Positions 1 through 9,228 of a stretch of 64,000 bases of DNA are shown here, piece after piece. The DNA lies in IMG/VR virus record IMGVR_UViG_3300045107_000159, positions 1 through 64,000 of that record, one strand, 5' to 3'. The position numbers were made by a program, and so were the translations under genes. This stretch comes from a virus. The notes under the pieces were generated by a model. That model did no database searches, was not told the origin of the DNA, and saw nothing but the letters and a program-made list of their open reading frames with translations. Numbering within the stretch: the stretch's first letter is position 1; each line of letters starts with the position of its first letter.

Positions 1-10
1 CAATTTCGCA

Positions 11-277
11 ATGGTTTACGGGACTGGTGTGACCGTCCGCGTCGACCAGGTCAACCAGGCCGAAAGCACGGGCTCCGTGTGGCTCGTGACCGAAGACAAC
101 CGCATATACGAGGCGGTTTATTCGGGGCCCGCCCGCCCGCCCGTTCACGACTGGCAATTCGTCTTCGTCCTTCCCGGCGACCTCTTCGAGCGTTCGCGCG
201 GCGTCGAGGTCCGCCTTCGCGTTTGTCCGACCGGCGCCGAGTGCGTCGAAAGTTTACCTGCCATCTTGCAGCGGTAG
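11..277 (+). CDS. hypothetical protein, 88 aa
   Basis: ATG ORF co-oriented with neighbours, with G/C-rich third codon positions. No motif recognised. Upstream context is cut by the window edge. Confidence 0.4.
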   Translation: MVYGTGVTVRVDQVNQAESTGSVWLVTEDNRIYEAVYSGPARPPVHDWQFVFVLPGDLFERSRGVEVRLRVCPTGAECVESLPAILQR

Positions 278-320
278 CGCGCGCCGCCGCTGACTGCCCA
301 CAACAACGCAGGGGTAGTTT

Positions 321-827
321 ATGGGACTCTTTAACGTTCAACTCGGGGGCCTTACGGCGTCCGAGAAAGCTCAACTCAATCGAATAGAGGAGATTTTGAA
401 GCGCATGGAAAGCAATCAACCGAATTATCAAGTGGTAGCCGACCAAATCGCGGCCGTAAGTGACGCCGTTAAAACTGGTTTCCAGCAAGTCGGCGACACC
501 ATCGCCTCCAATTCGACCAAGGTGGTCGACGAGGTCGTTCAGACCGCGACGCTCGTGAAAGAGCTCCGCGACGAGCTGATGGCCGGCAACGTGAGCTCGA
601 AGAGTGTTCAGGATAAGCTCGACGGGTTTTCGACCAGCCTGCTCGCCGCCGCCCAAAGCGCGAGGGACGGAGCGCAAGCTGCTTCGGCCGCCATCGCCGC
701 CGCCGGCGACCAGATCGCCGCGAGCCTCGACGCCATTCAGAATCCGCCGACGACTCCGACCGATCCGACGACCCCGACCGACCCCACGGAGCCGACGGAG
801 CCGACAGAACCCACGCCCGCGCAGTAA
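321..827 (+). CDS. hypothetical protein with helical N-terminal part and PT-rich C-terminal repeat
   Basis: ATG preceded by purine-rich GGGGTAG. C-terminus is PTTPTDPTTPTDPTEPTEPTEPT, a short tandem peptide repeat also visible in the DNA at ~745-815. Confidence 0.6.
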   Translation: MGLFNVQLGGLTASEKAQLNRIEEILKRMESNQPNYQVVADQIAAVSDAVKTGFQQVGDTIASNSTKVVDEVVQTATLVKELRDELMAGNVSSKSVQDKLDGFSTSLLAAAQSARDGAQAASAAIAAAGDQIAASLDAIQNPPTTPTDPTTPTDPTEPTEPTEPTPAQ

Positions 828-946
828 GGGCCTAAGCTCCGGCCGCGAATTGCTCTTTGGGATGCAATCAACCTTTGCATTTCAACGAACATACGCTTGC
901 AGCGCGCGCGGCCGGATTACTTTTATCCCCCTTGCGAAAGGGTGAA

Positions 947-1225
947 ATGACAAAGGAACTGATGACTCAGCACGGCGATTTGGCGGTATCTATGGTGTTC
1001 GGATACGTTCTTTCGGTAGCGGGGCATTTTTATTCATTCTTCCTCGTCAACGTCGCGACGCCGGCTGAGCAGATCAAAACACAGCTTTTAGGCACTGGAC
1101 TTAGTTTAGTTCTTGGCTTCCTCCTCAAAAAACTGATGGGCTATCTCTGGTCGAAGGCCAGGGCCTACAGCGCCAGGAGGCAGGCCAAAAAGCTTCAGCC
1201 TCGACCCGGTCCTGCGAACAGATAG
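947..1225 (+). CDS. small two-TM membrane protein with basic C-terminal tail (holin-like topology, tentative)
   Basis: Internal ATG at 947 preceded by AAGGGTG. Two hydrophobic helices (AVSMVFGYVLSVAGHFYSFFLV and LLGTGLSLVLGFLL) followed by a K/R-rich tail. No endolysin gene is adjacent, so the holin call is weak. Confidence 0.4.
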   Translation: MTKELMTQHGDLAVSMVFGYVLSVAGHFYSFFLVNVATPAEQIKTQLLGTGLSLVLGFLLKKLMGYLWSKARAYSARRQAKKLQPRPGPANR

Positions 1226-1295
1226 ACGGGGCACACGCGCCGGACCGCCGGGGCTGAACACAATTAACGGGTGATCCTCCTCAGGGGGTCGAATC

Positions 1296-1340
1296 GCCGA
1301 CGAGATACGCGCGGCCCACGTGCGTCTCGTCGGCGTTTTT
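1296..1340 (+). terminator. intrinsic terminator-like hairpin
   Basis: Perfect 10-bp stem, GCCGACGAGA (1296-1305) with TCTCGTCGGC (1325-1334), followed by G then TTTTT (1336-1340). The ATG of the next ORF follows at 1344. Confidence 0.65.
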
Positions 1341-1343
1341 GTT

Positions 1344-1754
1344 ATGGCGAGACGTTTTAACAGTCGATATTTCATAGAGTTAGCCGAAGGCCAGGTCTTT
1401 AAAACCTCCTTCGGCGAGTTTTCGAAGGCGCTGCGCGGTCGCTGGATCGAGCGCGTCGAGGACGACAGCCGCACCGCCCGCCTTTCCGCCGGCGTCGTCG
1501 GCCGCATCCGTGGCAGCGTCCTCTGGCTGCGCGACAAGTTCCGCGAGTGCTATCTCCGGACGAGCTCCGCGGCGGTCGACAAACTAGCGCCGCGTGACGG
1601 TTGGCAGGCCGACGTCGAGCTCGATTACCACCCCAACGGCAAAGGCGTTGTAGAGCGCTTCGGTTGGGTCTACACGGGGTTTTTCGGAATGGGCGCGGAT
1701 CGTCTGCGCGAGCTCATCGAGGAGCGCAAGGCGGCCAAGTGTGGCGCGGATTGA
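1344..1754 (+). CDS. hypothetical protein, 136 aa
   Basis: The ORF track starts at GTG 1320, which lies inside the terminator hairpin. The in-frame ATG at 1344 directly after the T-run is more plausible. Third positions are G/C-rich. Confidence 0.5.
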   Translation: MARRFNSRYFIELAEGQVFKTSFGEFSKALRGRWIERVEDDSRTARLSAGVVGRIRGSVLWLRDKFRECYLRTSSAAVDKLAPRDGWQADVELDYHPNGKGVVERFGWVYTGFFGMGADRLRELIEERKAAKCGAD

Positions 1755-2106
1755 AGAGGCAGTCGACAAGGTCAGGCGTGAAACGTGCTGCGGCTGCAAG
1801 AGCCGTAAGCCGTGCTTTTTGTCTTACGACCGCGCGCGCGCCACGATTCGCAAACATCGCGGCCGCCGCAAGCTGTCGAGGCGTCCTCGCTGCTATGTCC
1901 GCGTTTACCGGTGCAAAAGCTGCCGGCATTGGCATGTCGGCACCAGCAACAAGACGCTCGACGGCCGCCGCAACCCCTTCAAGAAGTTTCTGGTCCGCTA
2001 CGAGCATGACCTGGCCCGCTGGAAAGAGAATTTAGACAGGGTCGACCGCATTATAGATGGCGAACGTTTGCAAAATTTGCAGCCACCCGCAGAAACTGGA
2101 GATTGA
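1741..2106 (+). CDS. basic Cys-rich (Zn-ribbon-like) protein
   Basis: GTG start overlaps the preceding stop. Cys pairs CCGCKSRKPC ... CYVRVYRCKSCRHWH. GC3-rich. The 3' end overlaps the terS start by ~50 nt. Confidence 0.45.
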   Translation: MARIEEAVDKVRRETCCGCKSRKPCFLSYDRARATIRKHRGRRKLSRRPRCYVRVYRCKSCRHWHVGTSNKTLDGRRNPFKKFLVRYEHDLARWKENLDRVDRIIDGERLQNLQPPAETGD

Positions 2107-2758
2107 TCGGCTAATCGCCGGCGGGAAACAATTACGCGCCATTGCGCGCCAGTTTTCGATTCATCATTCGTCCGTAACGCGCCACATTAACAAATGTATC
2201 CCCTTGATTCTCGAAGGGATGCGCGCGGAAGCCAAGAAAGAGCGCGCGATTGTCGTCGAGGCCGAGATAAATCGCGTTTTCGCCCGCTTGAACAAGCTGA
2301 TCGACGCGTGCGACGCCTGGCTGACCGACCCGGACGACCCCTCGATTTACACCCTAGACGCCCGGGCGACCGAGCTCCTCGTCATTTACGAAGACGGCAA
2401 CGACCTGAACGACAGGGGCGAGCCGAGGCGCAAGCGTGACAATCTCTCGAAACTCCTCACCCTCCTCAACAAGGAAGCGAAGGTCGACGCTCTCACCATC
2501 ACCACGAAAAGCGCCGACCCTCGCGACCTCATCGTGAAGACCGCCGGGCAGATCAAAGAGCAGCTTGAGCTCTTTGCCAGGCTCCAGGGCCTCTTCCAGC
2601 GCGACCGCGCGAACGAGTCCGACCGCGTCCACGACCGCGAGATGGCGGCGATCGTTAAGGCCGAGGTCGAGAAGCTGATTAAGTCCGGATGCACGAAGGA
2701 AGAGGCGCTCGGCATAATTACTGAGGTCGAGCCTGACGCGCTTAAATGGGTGGTCTAA
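2057..2758 (+). CDS. terS: terminase small subunit (putative)
   Basis: N-terminus MANVCKICSHPQKLEIDRLIAGGKQLRAIARQFSIHHSSVTRHINKC (CxxC plus HTH), as in many phage small terminases. Lies immediately upstream of, and overlapping, the large terminase ORF. Confidence 0.6.
   Translation: MANVCKICSHPQKLEIDRLIAGGKQLRAIARQFSIHHSSVTRHINKCIPLILEGMRAEAKKERAIVVEAEINRVFARLNKLIDACDAWLTDPDDPSIYTLDARATELLVIYEDGNDLNDRGEPRRKRDNLSKLLTLLNKEAKVDALTITTKSADPRDLIVKTAGQIKEQLELFARLQGLFQRDRANESDRVHDREMAAIVKAEVEKLIKSGCTKEEALGIITEVEPDALKWVV
2070..2080 (+). repeat. dispersed dyad 11-mer GCAAAATTTGC, copy 1
   Basis: Exact match read directly. Lies 13 nt into terS (read as CKIC) and is read as LQNLQ in the overlapping upstream ORF. 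Confidence 0.9.
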
Positions 2759-4833
2759 GCGTTATTGAAAGGGCGAAGGCCGTCCAGTCCTTCCGCTCGA
2801 AGCTCGCCGTCAAATTCCCGCGCCGCCGGCGCGGCGGAATCGGCCATGCGCTTCAGAGCGCGTTAGACGGCGCCATCGCCGCCCGCGAGATCATTCCCGA
2901 GGCGCAGCAACTCCTGCGCGAGCAGCCGTACCGCGACAACACGCCCGAGGAGCGCGCCGCCCGCGAGTACCAGATCGACCTGGTCGCATGGCAACTCAAC
3001 CGCGCCGCCGACGTCGCCGAGGAGCGTCTTCGCTACATCGAGGCGATTCAGACGCCGGAGCAGATCGAAGCGGAACACGCGAAATGCGCCAAAGGCGTCG
3101 AGGGGACTATCCACTGGTTCGAGTATTACGCCTGGGGTTACGACCCGCGAGAGGACGCGCCGCTCGCGATCATGCCTTTCGTGCTGTTCAAGTTTCAGGA
3201 GCGTTACGTACGGTGGGTGGAATCGCTGATCTTTGCGCAGAAGGCCTCTGGGATGGTCGAGAAAGCCCGCGATATGGGAGCCACGGTCGGCGCGATCAAT
3301 TTGATCGTTAAACAGTGGCGGTACCGCCCCGGGTTCTCGGCGATGCTGACGTCCGCGACCGAAGACTTGGTCGACAGTCAGAAGGATCCCGACACTTTGT
3401 TCGAAAAGGTTCGATTCCAGATCCGCCTCCTGCCGAACTGGATGTTGCCGAGCGGGCTGGACGTCGACAAAGGGCTGACCTACATGAACATCCCCAATCC
3501 CGAGAACGGGGCTGTCATCACCGGCCAGGCGCCGACGAAGAAGGTCGGCCGACAAAGGCGGCGCACCGTCGTTCTCTGCGACGAGTTTCAGGTTTACCCC
3601 CAAGGCGGCTATCCCCAATACACGTCGCTTTCGCAAACGACCCGTTCAATCCTCGTCCTCGGCACGCCCGAGGGCAAATTCAATAAATACGCCGAGCTCC
3701 GCCACTCCGGACACGCGAACGTGTTCGAGATGGATTGGAAAGAACACCCCTGGAAGGACAAGAGATGGTATGACTCTCTCCGACCTGGCTATTGCGGTCC
3801 TCCGATGACCGACCAGCAAATCGCGCAAGAGATCGAGCGGAATTACGACGCGAGTCAACCCGGCAAGGTTTTCCCGGGCTGGCGTGAGGAGTACACGCTC
3901 ATCACCTGGTCCGAGCTCGTCGCGTATTACAAGCGTTTCAAACTCGACCGCCACTTTCTCGCCGGCGACGGCTCATACCGCGTCCCGTACGATTGGACTT
4001 GGGGCCGAACTCACGACTACGGCCAGACCGATCAACACCCCTGGATTGTCACGCACGCGGCCAGGCCGCGCGAGAATTACCCGCTCCACGACAGCGTGTT
4101 CGTTTTCTCCTGTCACCGAATTACCCCGACGGCCGCCGCGGTGGGCGAGGCTCAGCCGCAGATTGATAAGGTCGAGCGCGGCCTCGGTTTCCGCGATTAC
4201 ACTGGAAAGATGGTCCACCGGTACGAGTTTTCCGAGAACTCGCATGAGGCGGAGGAGACGCGGAAGACCTTTCGGGACGAGTTCGGCGAATACTGGACGC
4301 CTTGGAACACCGATTACAACCTGGGCATCCCGCAAATCCAGGAATGGATTCGGCTGATTCAGCCGCAGATGCCGAACCCGATCCGGCCGGCGCTGAGCGG
4401 CCGCACACGCATTTATTTCGTCGCGCCTGACGATGAATACCGCCTGGTCCTCAACGAGAGCTCCGGCGGCTATTTCGTGACGCCGTCGAAGACCGACGCC
4501 GGGTTCAAGCTTTTACGCTTGGAAATGCCGGCCTATCACTACCCGCCGAGCGAGCAGGGCAAGGCCGTTAAGGACATGCGGCCGCTCAAGCTGCAAGACG
4601 ACACCATCGATACCATCCGCGCGTTCGCGACGCATTGGGGGCCCGGCCTGGCGCCGAAGACGGTCGACGAGCGCGTGAATGACGCGCTGCCCGAACACCT
4701 CCGCGACGAGAACGTCGGCGCAATGTCGCAGGGGCGCCGCCTGGCGCGCGAGATCGCGATCGCCGAGCAGCGCGCGATTATCGACAAGGAAGATGTGGGC
4801 GACTTCGGGAGCTTTTGGGATGGCACCTCGTAA
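2746..4833 (+). CDS. terL: terminase large subunit
   Basis: 695 aa. Deviant Walker A-like KARDMGATVGA (KxRxxGxT pattern of several terminase families) and Walker B-like TVVLCDEF. Start overlaps the terS stop. Confidence 0.75.
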   Translation: MGGLSVIERAKAVQSFRSKLAVKFPRRRRGGIGHALQSALDGAIAAREIIPEAQQLLREQPYRDNTPEERAAREYQIDLVAWQLNRAADVAEERLRYIEAIQTPEQIEAEHAKCAKGVEGTIHWFEYYAWGYDPREDAPLAIMPFVLFKFQERYVRWVESLIFAQKASGMVEKARDMGATVGAINLIVKQWRYRPGFSAMLTSATEDLVDSQKDPDTLFEKVRFQIRLLPNWMLPSGLDVDKGLTYMNIPNPENGAVITGQAPTKKVGRQRRRTVVLCDEFQVYPQGGYPQYTSLSQTTRSILVLGTPEGKFNKYAELRHSGHANVFEMDWKEHPWKDKRWYDSLRPGYCGPPMTDQQIAQEIERNYDASQPGKVFPGWREEYTLITWSELVAYYKRFKLDRHFLAGDGSYRVPYDWTWGRTHDYGQTDQHPWIVTHAARPRENYPLHDSVFVFSCHRITPTAAAVGEAQPQIDKVERGLGFRDYTGKMVHRYEFSENSHEAEETRKTFRDEFGEYWTPWNTDYNLGIPQIQEWIRLIQPQMPNPIRPALSGRTRIYFVAPDDEYRLVLNESSGGYFVTPSKTDAGFKLLRLEMPAYHYPPSEQGKAVKDMRPLKLQDDTIDTIRAFATHWGPGLAPKTVDERVNDALPEHLRDENVGAMSQGRRLAREIAIAEQRAIIDKEDVGDFGSFWDGTS

Positions 4834-5137
4834 GAAAAATCGCAGGGCGCCGTATCGCGCGCCGATCGCGCCCGCGCCAGTGTCGACGCCGGCGGCCGAC
4901 ATTCCGGCCCCGCCAGCTGACGCGCCGTCGCCGGGCGTCTGTTCCGCCTGCGAGGCGCTCCGGATCGAGTTGAAAGGTCTTTTGGAACGCGTCCTCACCC
5001 TTGAAAGCAGGGTCGATGCGCTGTCTACGGCGCCTCTCCCTTCCTCAGCCAACAAGCCGGAGCGCGACCAGGTTCCCGCCCCGGAATATATCGCTAACGC
5101 GCCGATCGACGGGGAAGGCCCGCCGTTCGGCGCTTAA
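4820..5137 (+). CDS. hypothetical protein, 105 aa (P/A-rich N-terminus, short coiled segment)
   Basis: Internal ATG at 4820 overlaps the terL end by 14 nt. The upstream part of the tracked ORF (4679-) lies inside terL and looks like a shadow frame. Confidence 0.45.
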   Translation: MAPRKKNRRAPYRAPIAPAPVSTPAADIPAPPADAPSPGVCSACEALRIELKGLLERVLTLESRVDALSTAPLPSSANKPERDQVPAPEYIANAPIDGEGPPFGA

Positions 5138-5151
5138 CTCATGGAGGGCTC

Positions 5152-5364
5152 ATGCCAGTTTCACGCGCTAGGAAGTCGGCCAAGAAGTCGAAGAAAGCAG
5201 CCGCGGCCAAGTCCAATAAAAAGCGCCAGCGGCGCAAAACCGTCGAGGGTCGAAGCGCCGTCAATGGTGAGTTCGTTCCGCTGGCCGATCTTGAAAAGTC
5301 TCCAGACACGACCGTCGCCGTGACTCGTCCGGTCAAAGTCGAGGATCCCGACCAGGAGTGCTGA
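5152..5364 (+). CDS. small basic protein, 70 aa
   Basis: ATG ORF with a K/R-rich N-terminus (SAKKSKKAAAAKSNKKRQRRK). Packed tightly between neighbouring ORFs. Confidence 0.4.
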   Translation: MPVSRARKSAKKSKKAAAAKSNKKRQRRKTVEGRSAVNGEFVPLADLEKSPDTTVAVTRPVKVEDPDQEC

Positions 5365-5591
5365 TGAATCTTCGCAGAATGAAGAATAGGAACGAGCGGG
5401 CGAGCTACGAGCCCCTCGTGGAGCGCAAAGCGGCGGAGCCGGGCGACCGAATCAGCTATGAGCCCCTCGTGGAGCGCAGGGAGAAAAAAGAAAGCTCGCC
5501 GATGAACTGGCAGACCAGCGGCTTTAGGGCGGCCTTCGCGGACGCCGCGTCGCGCGCCAGGTCGGCGAGGCTTAACGAAGAGGAGCAGTAA
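5364..5591 (+). CDS. hypothetical protein with internal SYEPLVER repeat
   Basis: ATG at 5364 overlaps the previous TGA (TGATG), with AGGAG 6-10 nt upstream. A 25-nt direct repeat occurs at 5403-5427 and 5454-5478. Confidence 0.4.
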   Translation: MNLRRMKNRNERASYEPLVERKAAEPGDRISYEPLVERREKKESSPMNWQTSGFRAAFADAASRARSARLNEEEQ

Positions 5592-5594
5592 ACC

Positions 5595-5966
5595 ATGTCT
5601 GACAAAATTATTTTGCCCGGGCCTGTCCAGATCGAGTGTGACACCAATTTCGTCAGCGACGGCTACCACACGTTCGGCGAGCTCTACGAGCATCGCTTCG
5701 AGTTGTTCATCGCGTTGATGCTGAGCCATCCGGAAATCTCTTTCCGGGCGCGCCTCAATTCTGATGGCAATCAATATCCGGGCTGGTTCGTCGCCGGCAT
5801 GAATCTGCCGAACGGGCAGATCAGTTACCACCTGCCGGAGGCGCACTGGATGCGCCTCGGCTCGCTGACTACTTTCGAGCGCTCACCGGGCTATGACGGC
5901 CACACTTCGCTCGACGTGGTCGACAGGCTGCGCGTCTTCTCGTCGGTTCACCTGGCCCAAATTTGA
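5595..5966 (+). CDS. conserved-looking phage hypothetical protein, 123 aa
   Basis: GAGGAG upstream of the ATG. Motifs DGYHTFGELYEHRFELF and GYDGHTSLDVV resemble a recurrent phage family that I cannot name with certainty. Confidence 0.55.
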   Translation: MSDKIILPGPVQIECDTNFVSDGYHTFGELYEHRFELFIALMLSHPEISFRARLNSDGNQYPGWFVAGMNLPNGQISYHLPEAHWMRLGSLTTFERSPGYDGHTSLDVVDRLRVFSSVHLAQI

Positions 5967-6058
5967 CGTTTAATTCCTAAATTCGTCCATTCCGCCTTTA
6001 TCGCCTTCATAACACAGCGTTTATCTGTGGACTACTTTTCCACTCATAGGAGTCATTT

Positions 6059-6403
6059 ATGCCGACCGTAACCGCTTACGACAATAACGCCTTGAGAGAG
6101 GCGGCTCACCTGGCGCTCAGCGCCTATAACTTTTTCCAGGTCACAGACGGCGAGCAGGCGCCGCTTTCTGGCCTGGCCGCGCTCCGCGCGCTGTTCGTCG
6201 CGCGCACCGGGCCGGACCAGGTCTACGTCGAGGAGCAACGAAAGTACCTGGAAGACTGGGATTTCGCCGTCGTCGTGCTTGCGCTCGTCGACGCGGACGT
6301 CTCCGGCTCCGACACCAACGCCGCGATGCAGGGCGTCTTCATCGCCTTCGACACGGCGTCTCTGAGCCTCGGGTATCTCTCGCAGGTCCATTACCAGCGG
6401 TGA
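6059..6403 (+). CDS. hypothetical protein, 114 aa
   Basis: TAGGAG RBS 7 nt upstream of the ATG. GC3-rich. Confidence 0.55.
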   Translation: MPTVTAYDNNALREAAHLALSAYNFFQVTDGEQAPLSGLAALRALFVARTGPDQVYVEEQRKYLEDWDFAVVVLALVDADVSGSDTNAAMQGVFIAFDTASLSLGYLSQVHYQR

Positions 6404-6816
6404 TCCTCTTTACGAAAACTCACGACGCGATCGTCGCGCTATACAAGGCGACCATCGCGGAGCAGAAGCAGCGGTACGAGTCGCGCCAGGCCGAGCTTGA
6501 GGCCGAGCGCGACTTTTACCGCAACGCCTGGCTCGAACGCCTGGGGGGCAAGTTCCCAATCCCCAAGCCGGCCGAGGTCACGGCCGTCGCGCCCGCCGCG
6601 CCCGTCCATGTCCCGGACGATCTCACTTACCGCAAGACGTTTCAGATCAGCCGCGCCAACTGGTCGGTCGACGACCATCAATTCTTCGAAGATTATTGGG
6701 CCAGACCGAGGCTCGCCGCCGGCGTCCCTCGTGAGGAGCTCGATTACTGGTACTATCAGGAATACGGCGAGGCCCTCCCGCTGAAAGTCTTCCTCGATCT
6801 CGCTTTTCCAGAATGA
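6400..6816 (+). CDS. hypothetical protein, 138 aa
   Basis: GTG start overlaps the previous stop (GTGA). The stop overlaps the next ATG (ATGA), suggesting translational coupling. Confidence 0.5.
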   Translation: MILFTKTHDAIVALYKATIAEQKQRYESRQAELEAERDFYRNAWLERLGGKFPIPKPAEVTAVAPAAPVHVPDDLTYRKTFQISRANWSVDDHQFFEDYWARPRLAAGVPREELDYWYYQEYGEALPLKVFLDLAFPE

Positions 6817-9221
6817 GCCAACTAGCCGCACAAGCGATAGGTCAGGTGATGAAGGCCGTCGACGCGCTGAGCTCCTCGGGCGTCAGCTTGGACCAGATGG
6901 CGCGCGACCGCGTTGAAGTCGTCGACTTCTACACGGAGTTTAAGAAGCGCAATGACGCGATGTATCAGCGCCAGATTGATTACTGGAAGGCGCTTTTCAA
7001 AAAGTGGCTCCGCCACGAGCTCTTTTACGACGGTCACCAGGCGCTGGTCCCGCGCGACGGCGGCTTCGACGTCCGACACATCCGCGAGCAACACCGCGTC
7101 TATGTGATCAACCGGTTGCAGCCGTATTCGGACGAGCAGACGTCGGCCTGGATGTCGATCAACCCGAAGATCGGCGTCAACCTTCTCACCGACGACCAGG
7201 AGACTATTCAGCGCAAGCGCGATGCGTTTCGCGACTTGTGCGACCACTTCGATTACCTCCACCACACTCCGGAGTTCTTGCAGCGCACGGCGAAGCACGC
7301 GCAGTTTTGCGGGCCCTATCACTGCGAAATCTGGTTCGACAAGGATAATCGCCGCGGCCAGGAGTTCAAGAAGTACTTCAAGTCCGTCTCTCAGCCTCCG
7401 AGCCAGTTAGGCGCCTGCGTGAATTGTTCCGGTCTTACGCCGCATCCCATGGACGCGGTTAACCCGACTTGTCAGCACTGCAACTCACCCTATCTGCAGA
7501 TGACGCCGCTACAAGGTTTCGATTTTCAGATGCCCGCCGGCGGAGGGTGGGAGCAGGCCGGAGACGTCGAGCTGATCTTCGACCCGACTTGGGCGGTCCG
7601 CTATTCGCTCACTGTCGGCGCCGATCTCTCGCCCTGGCTCTATCACGAGCGCGACGAGGTCCGTGAAACCGTCGAGTATGAGTACGGGCGCATGGCGGGC
7701 ACGGCCGAGGATAACTACTGGGCGCGTGACGAGATCATGCACCCCGGGCGCATCCTCCGCCGGGCGGAGCGCGACCGCGGCGTCGCCGTCGAGTTCGAGT
7801 CTGACAATGAGTGTGTGCTTATTCAGCGGTTCTATTACGAGCGGGAAATGCTGCATTTCATCGCGCTCGACAAGCCGACGCAACTCCCGAACGGCGAAGT
7901 CGTTCCCGCCAACACCCGGCTCAGTGAGGTTTTTCCGGACGGGATGTGTATCAAGGCCTCTCCCGGGCTCCCTTATTTCCTGGATGTCTGCCGCGAATCC
8001 CACAAGGACCGCTTCAAGCACGGCCATTACAACGTGTCCGCCGGCAAGGCGATTTCGCGCGGCAATGATGAGGCGCCGAACTACAACAAGTTTTTGAATG
8101 TGCTGATGTCTGGCGCGTTCGACCATACGTTGAAGACGCTCGCGCCGTCGACCGTTATCATCGACGAAATCTTCCCGGACGGCCGCCTGTTCAACCGCGA
8201 AGACCGCACCATCAAGGTCAAGCTCTCGCAGATCGCCGGGCTAGATGGGGGCCTCGACAAGGCCTTCCGCACCGCCGCGCCGCCGCAACTCACTCCCGCC
8301 GCTCAGGCGCTCATCGAAGCCTTTAGCGGCGAACTCCGCCGCGCGACGAAGTCGGAGAGCTATCTCAATTCCGAGGACGAAGGGGTCGATCCGAACACCG
8401 CGACGGCCGCCAGGATCGGCGAGGGCAGGAACGCTCGCGGAAACAGTCTTCAATTGTCGAGTTTTGCGAGCTACTTGAAGAAATGCCGCGAGCGGGCGCT
8501 GAAACTCGCGCAGGAGAATTACGGCGAAATGCGCCTCATCTCACGCTACGAGGAGGAGGAGCGCGAGCGCATTTCCGTCGTCGTGCGTAAGACCGACATC
8601 GACGTCGAGTTCGTATTGTGGGTCGAGAAGGACAGCTGGCTGACCGATCTGGAGGTCGAGAAGCGCGCGGCGTTCAAGGAAGGCCTAGAAGCGCTCGCCG
8701 CCGGACAGGAGGCAGGGCTACCGCTCCAGCCGTTAATTAGGTCTATCAACCGCTCGTACAACATCGACCTGGCGAGCGACAACCAGCTCAAACGCATCCG
8801 CAGTTGCGAAGAGACGCTCGACAAGCTCCGCGAAAACGTCCTCGGCGTGGTCGACGCCTATTCGCTGTACCAGCTCGCGCCGGTCAACCCGTACACCACG
8901 AACCATGAGGCCTGTTACCTCTGGTGGCGTGAGTGGCTCACCTGGAAGGGAAGTACAGCTCACCCGCTATTGCAGCAGGTCGCCATGATTTACATCCAGG
9001 TTCACGCGGCCGCCTGGCTCGGCGAGCGCGATTTCCTCTCTCTCGCGGCCAAGATCGGCCAGGGACTTATCGCCGCGCCGATTCAGGCCGGCATTACCGC
9101 AGAACAGCAGCAGGCGCCGAAACTGATCGCCGCGCCGGGCGCACAACCTGGCCAATCTGACCAGGCGGCGGCCGCCGGCGGGCAGGGCGCAGACGTTCAA
9201 ACTTCCAACCTGACAATGTGA
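6813..9221 (+). CDS. portal protein candidate (802 aa)
   Basis: Large ORF downstream of the terminase genes and upstream of the scaffold-like and capsid-like ORFs, so the assignment is by size and position only. Contains a CxxC...CxxC zinc-ribbon-like insert (7416-7481). Confidence 0.45.
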   Translation: MSQLAAQAIGQVMKAVDALSSSGVSLDQMARDRVEVVDFYTEFKKRNDAMYQRQIDYWKALFKKWLRHELFYDGHQALVPRDGGFDVRHIREQHRVYVINRLQPYSDEQTSAWMSINPKIGVNLLTDDQETIQRKRDAFRDLCDHFDYLHHTPEFLQRTAKHAQFCGPYHCEIWFDKDNRRGQEFKKYFKSVSQPPSQLGACVNCSGLTPHPMDAVNPTCQHCNSPYLQMTPLQGFDFQMPAGGGWEQAGDVELIFDPTWAVRYSLTVGADLSPWLYHERDEVRETVEYEYGRMAGTAEDNYWARDEIMHPGRILRRAERDRGVAVEFESDNECVLIQRFYYEREMLHFIALDKPTQLPNGEVVPANTRLSEVFPDGMCIKASPGLPYFLDVCRESHKDRFKHGHYNVSAGKAISRGNDEAPNYNKFLNVLMSGAFDHTLKTLAPSTVIIDEIFPDGRLFNREDRTIKVKLSQIAGLDGGLDKAFRTAAPPQLTPAAQALIEAFSGELRRATKSESYLNSEDEGVDPNTATAARIGEGRNARGNSLQLSSFASYLKKCRERALKLAQENYGEMRLISRYEEEERERISVVVRKTDIDVEFVLWVEKDSWLTDLEVEKRAAFKEGLEALAAGQEAGLPLQPLIRSINRSYNIDLASDNQLKRIRSCEETLDKLRENVLGVVDAYSLYQLAPVNPYTTNHEACYLWWREWLTWKGSTAHPLLQQVAMIYIQVHAAAWLGERDFLSLAAKIGQGLIAAPIQAGITAEQQQAPKLIAAPGAQPGQSDQAAAAGGQGADVQTSNLTM

Positions 9222-9228
9222 GGAGATT

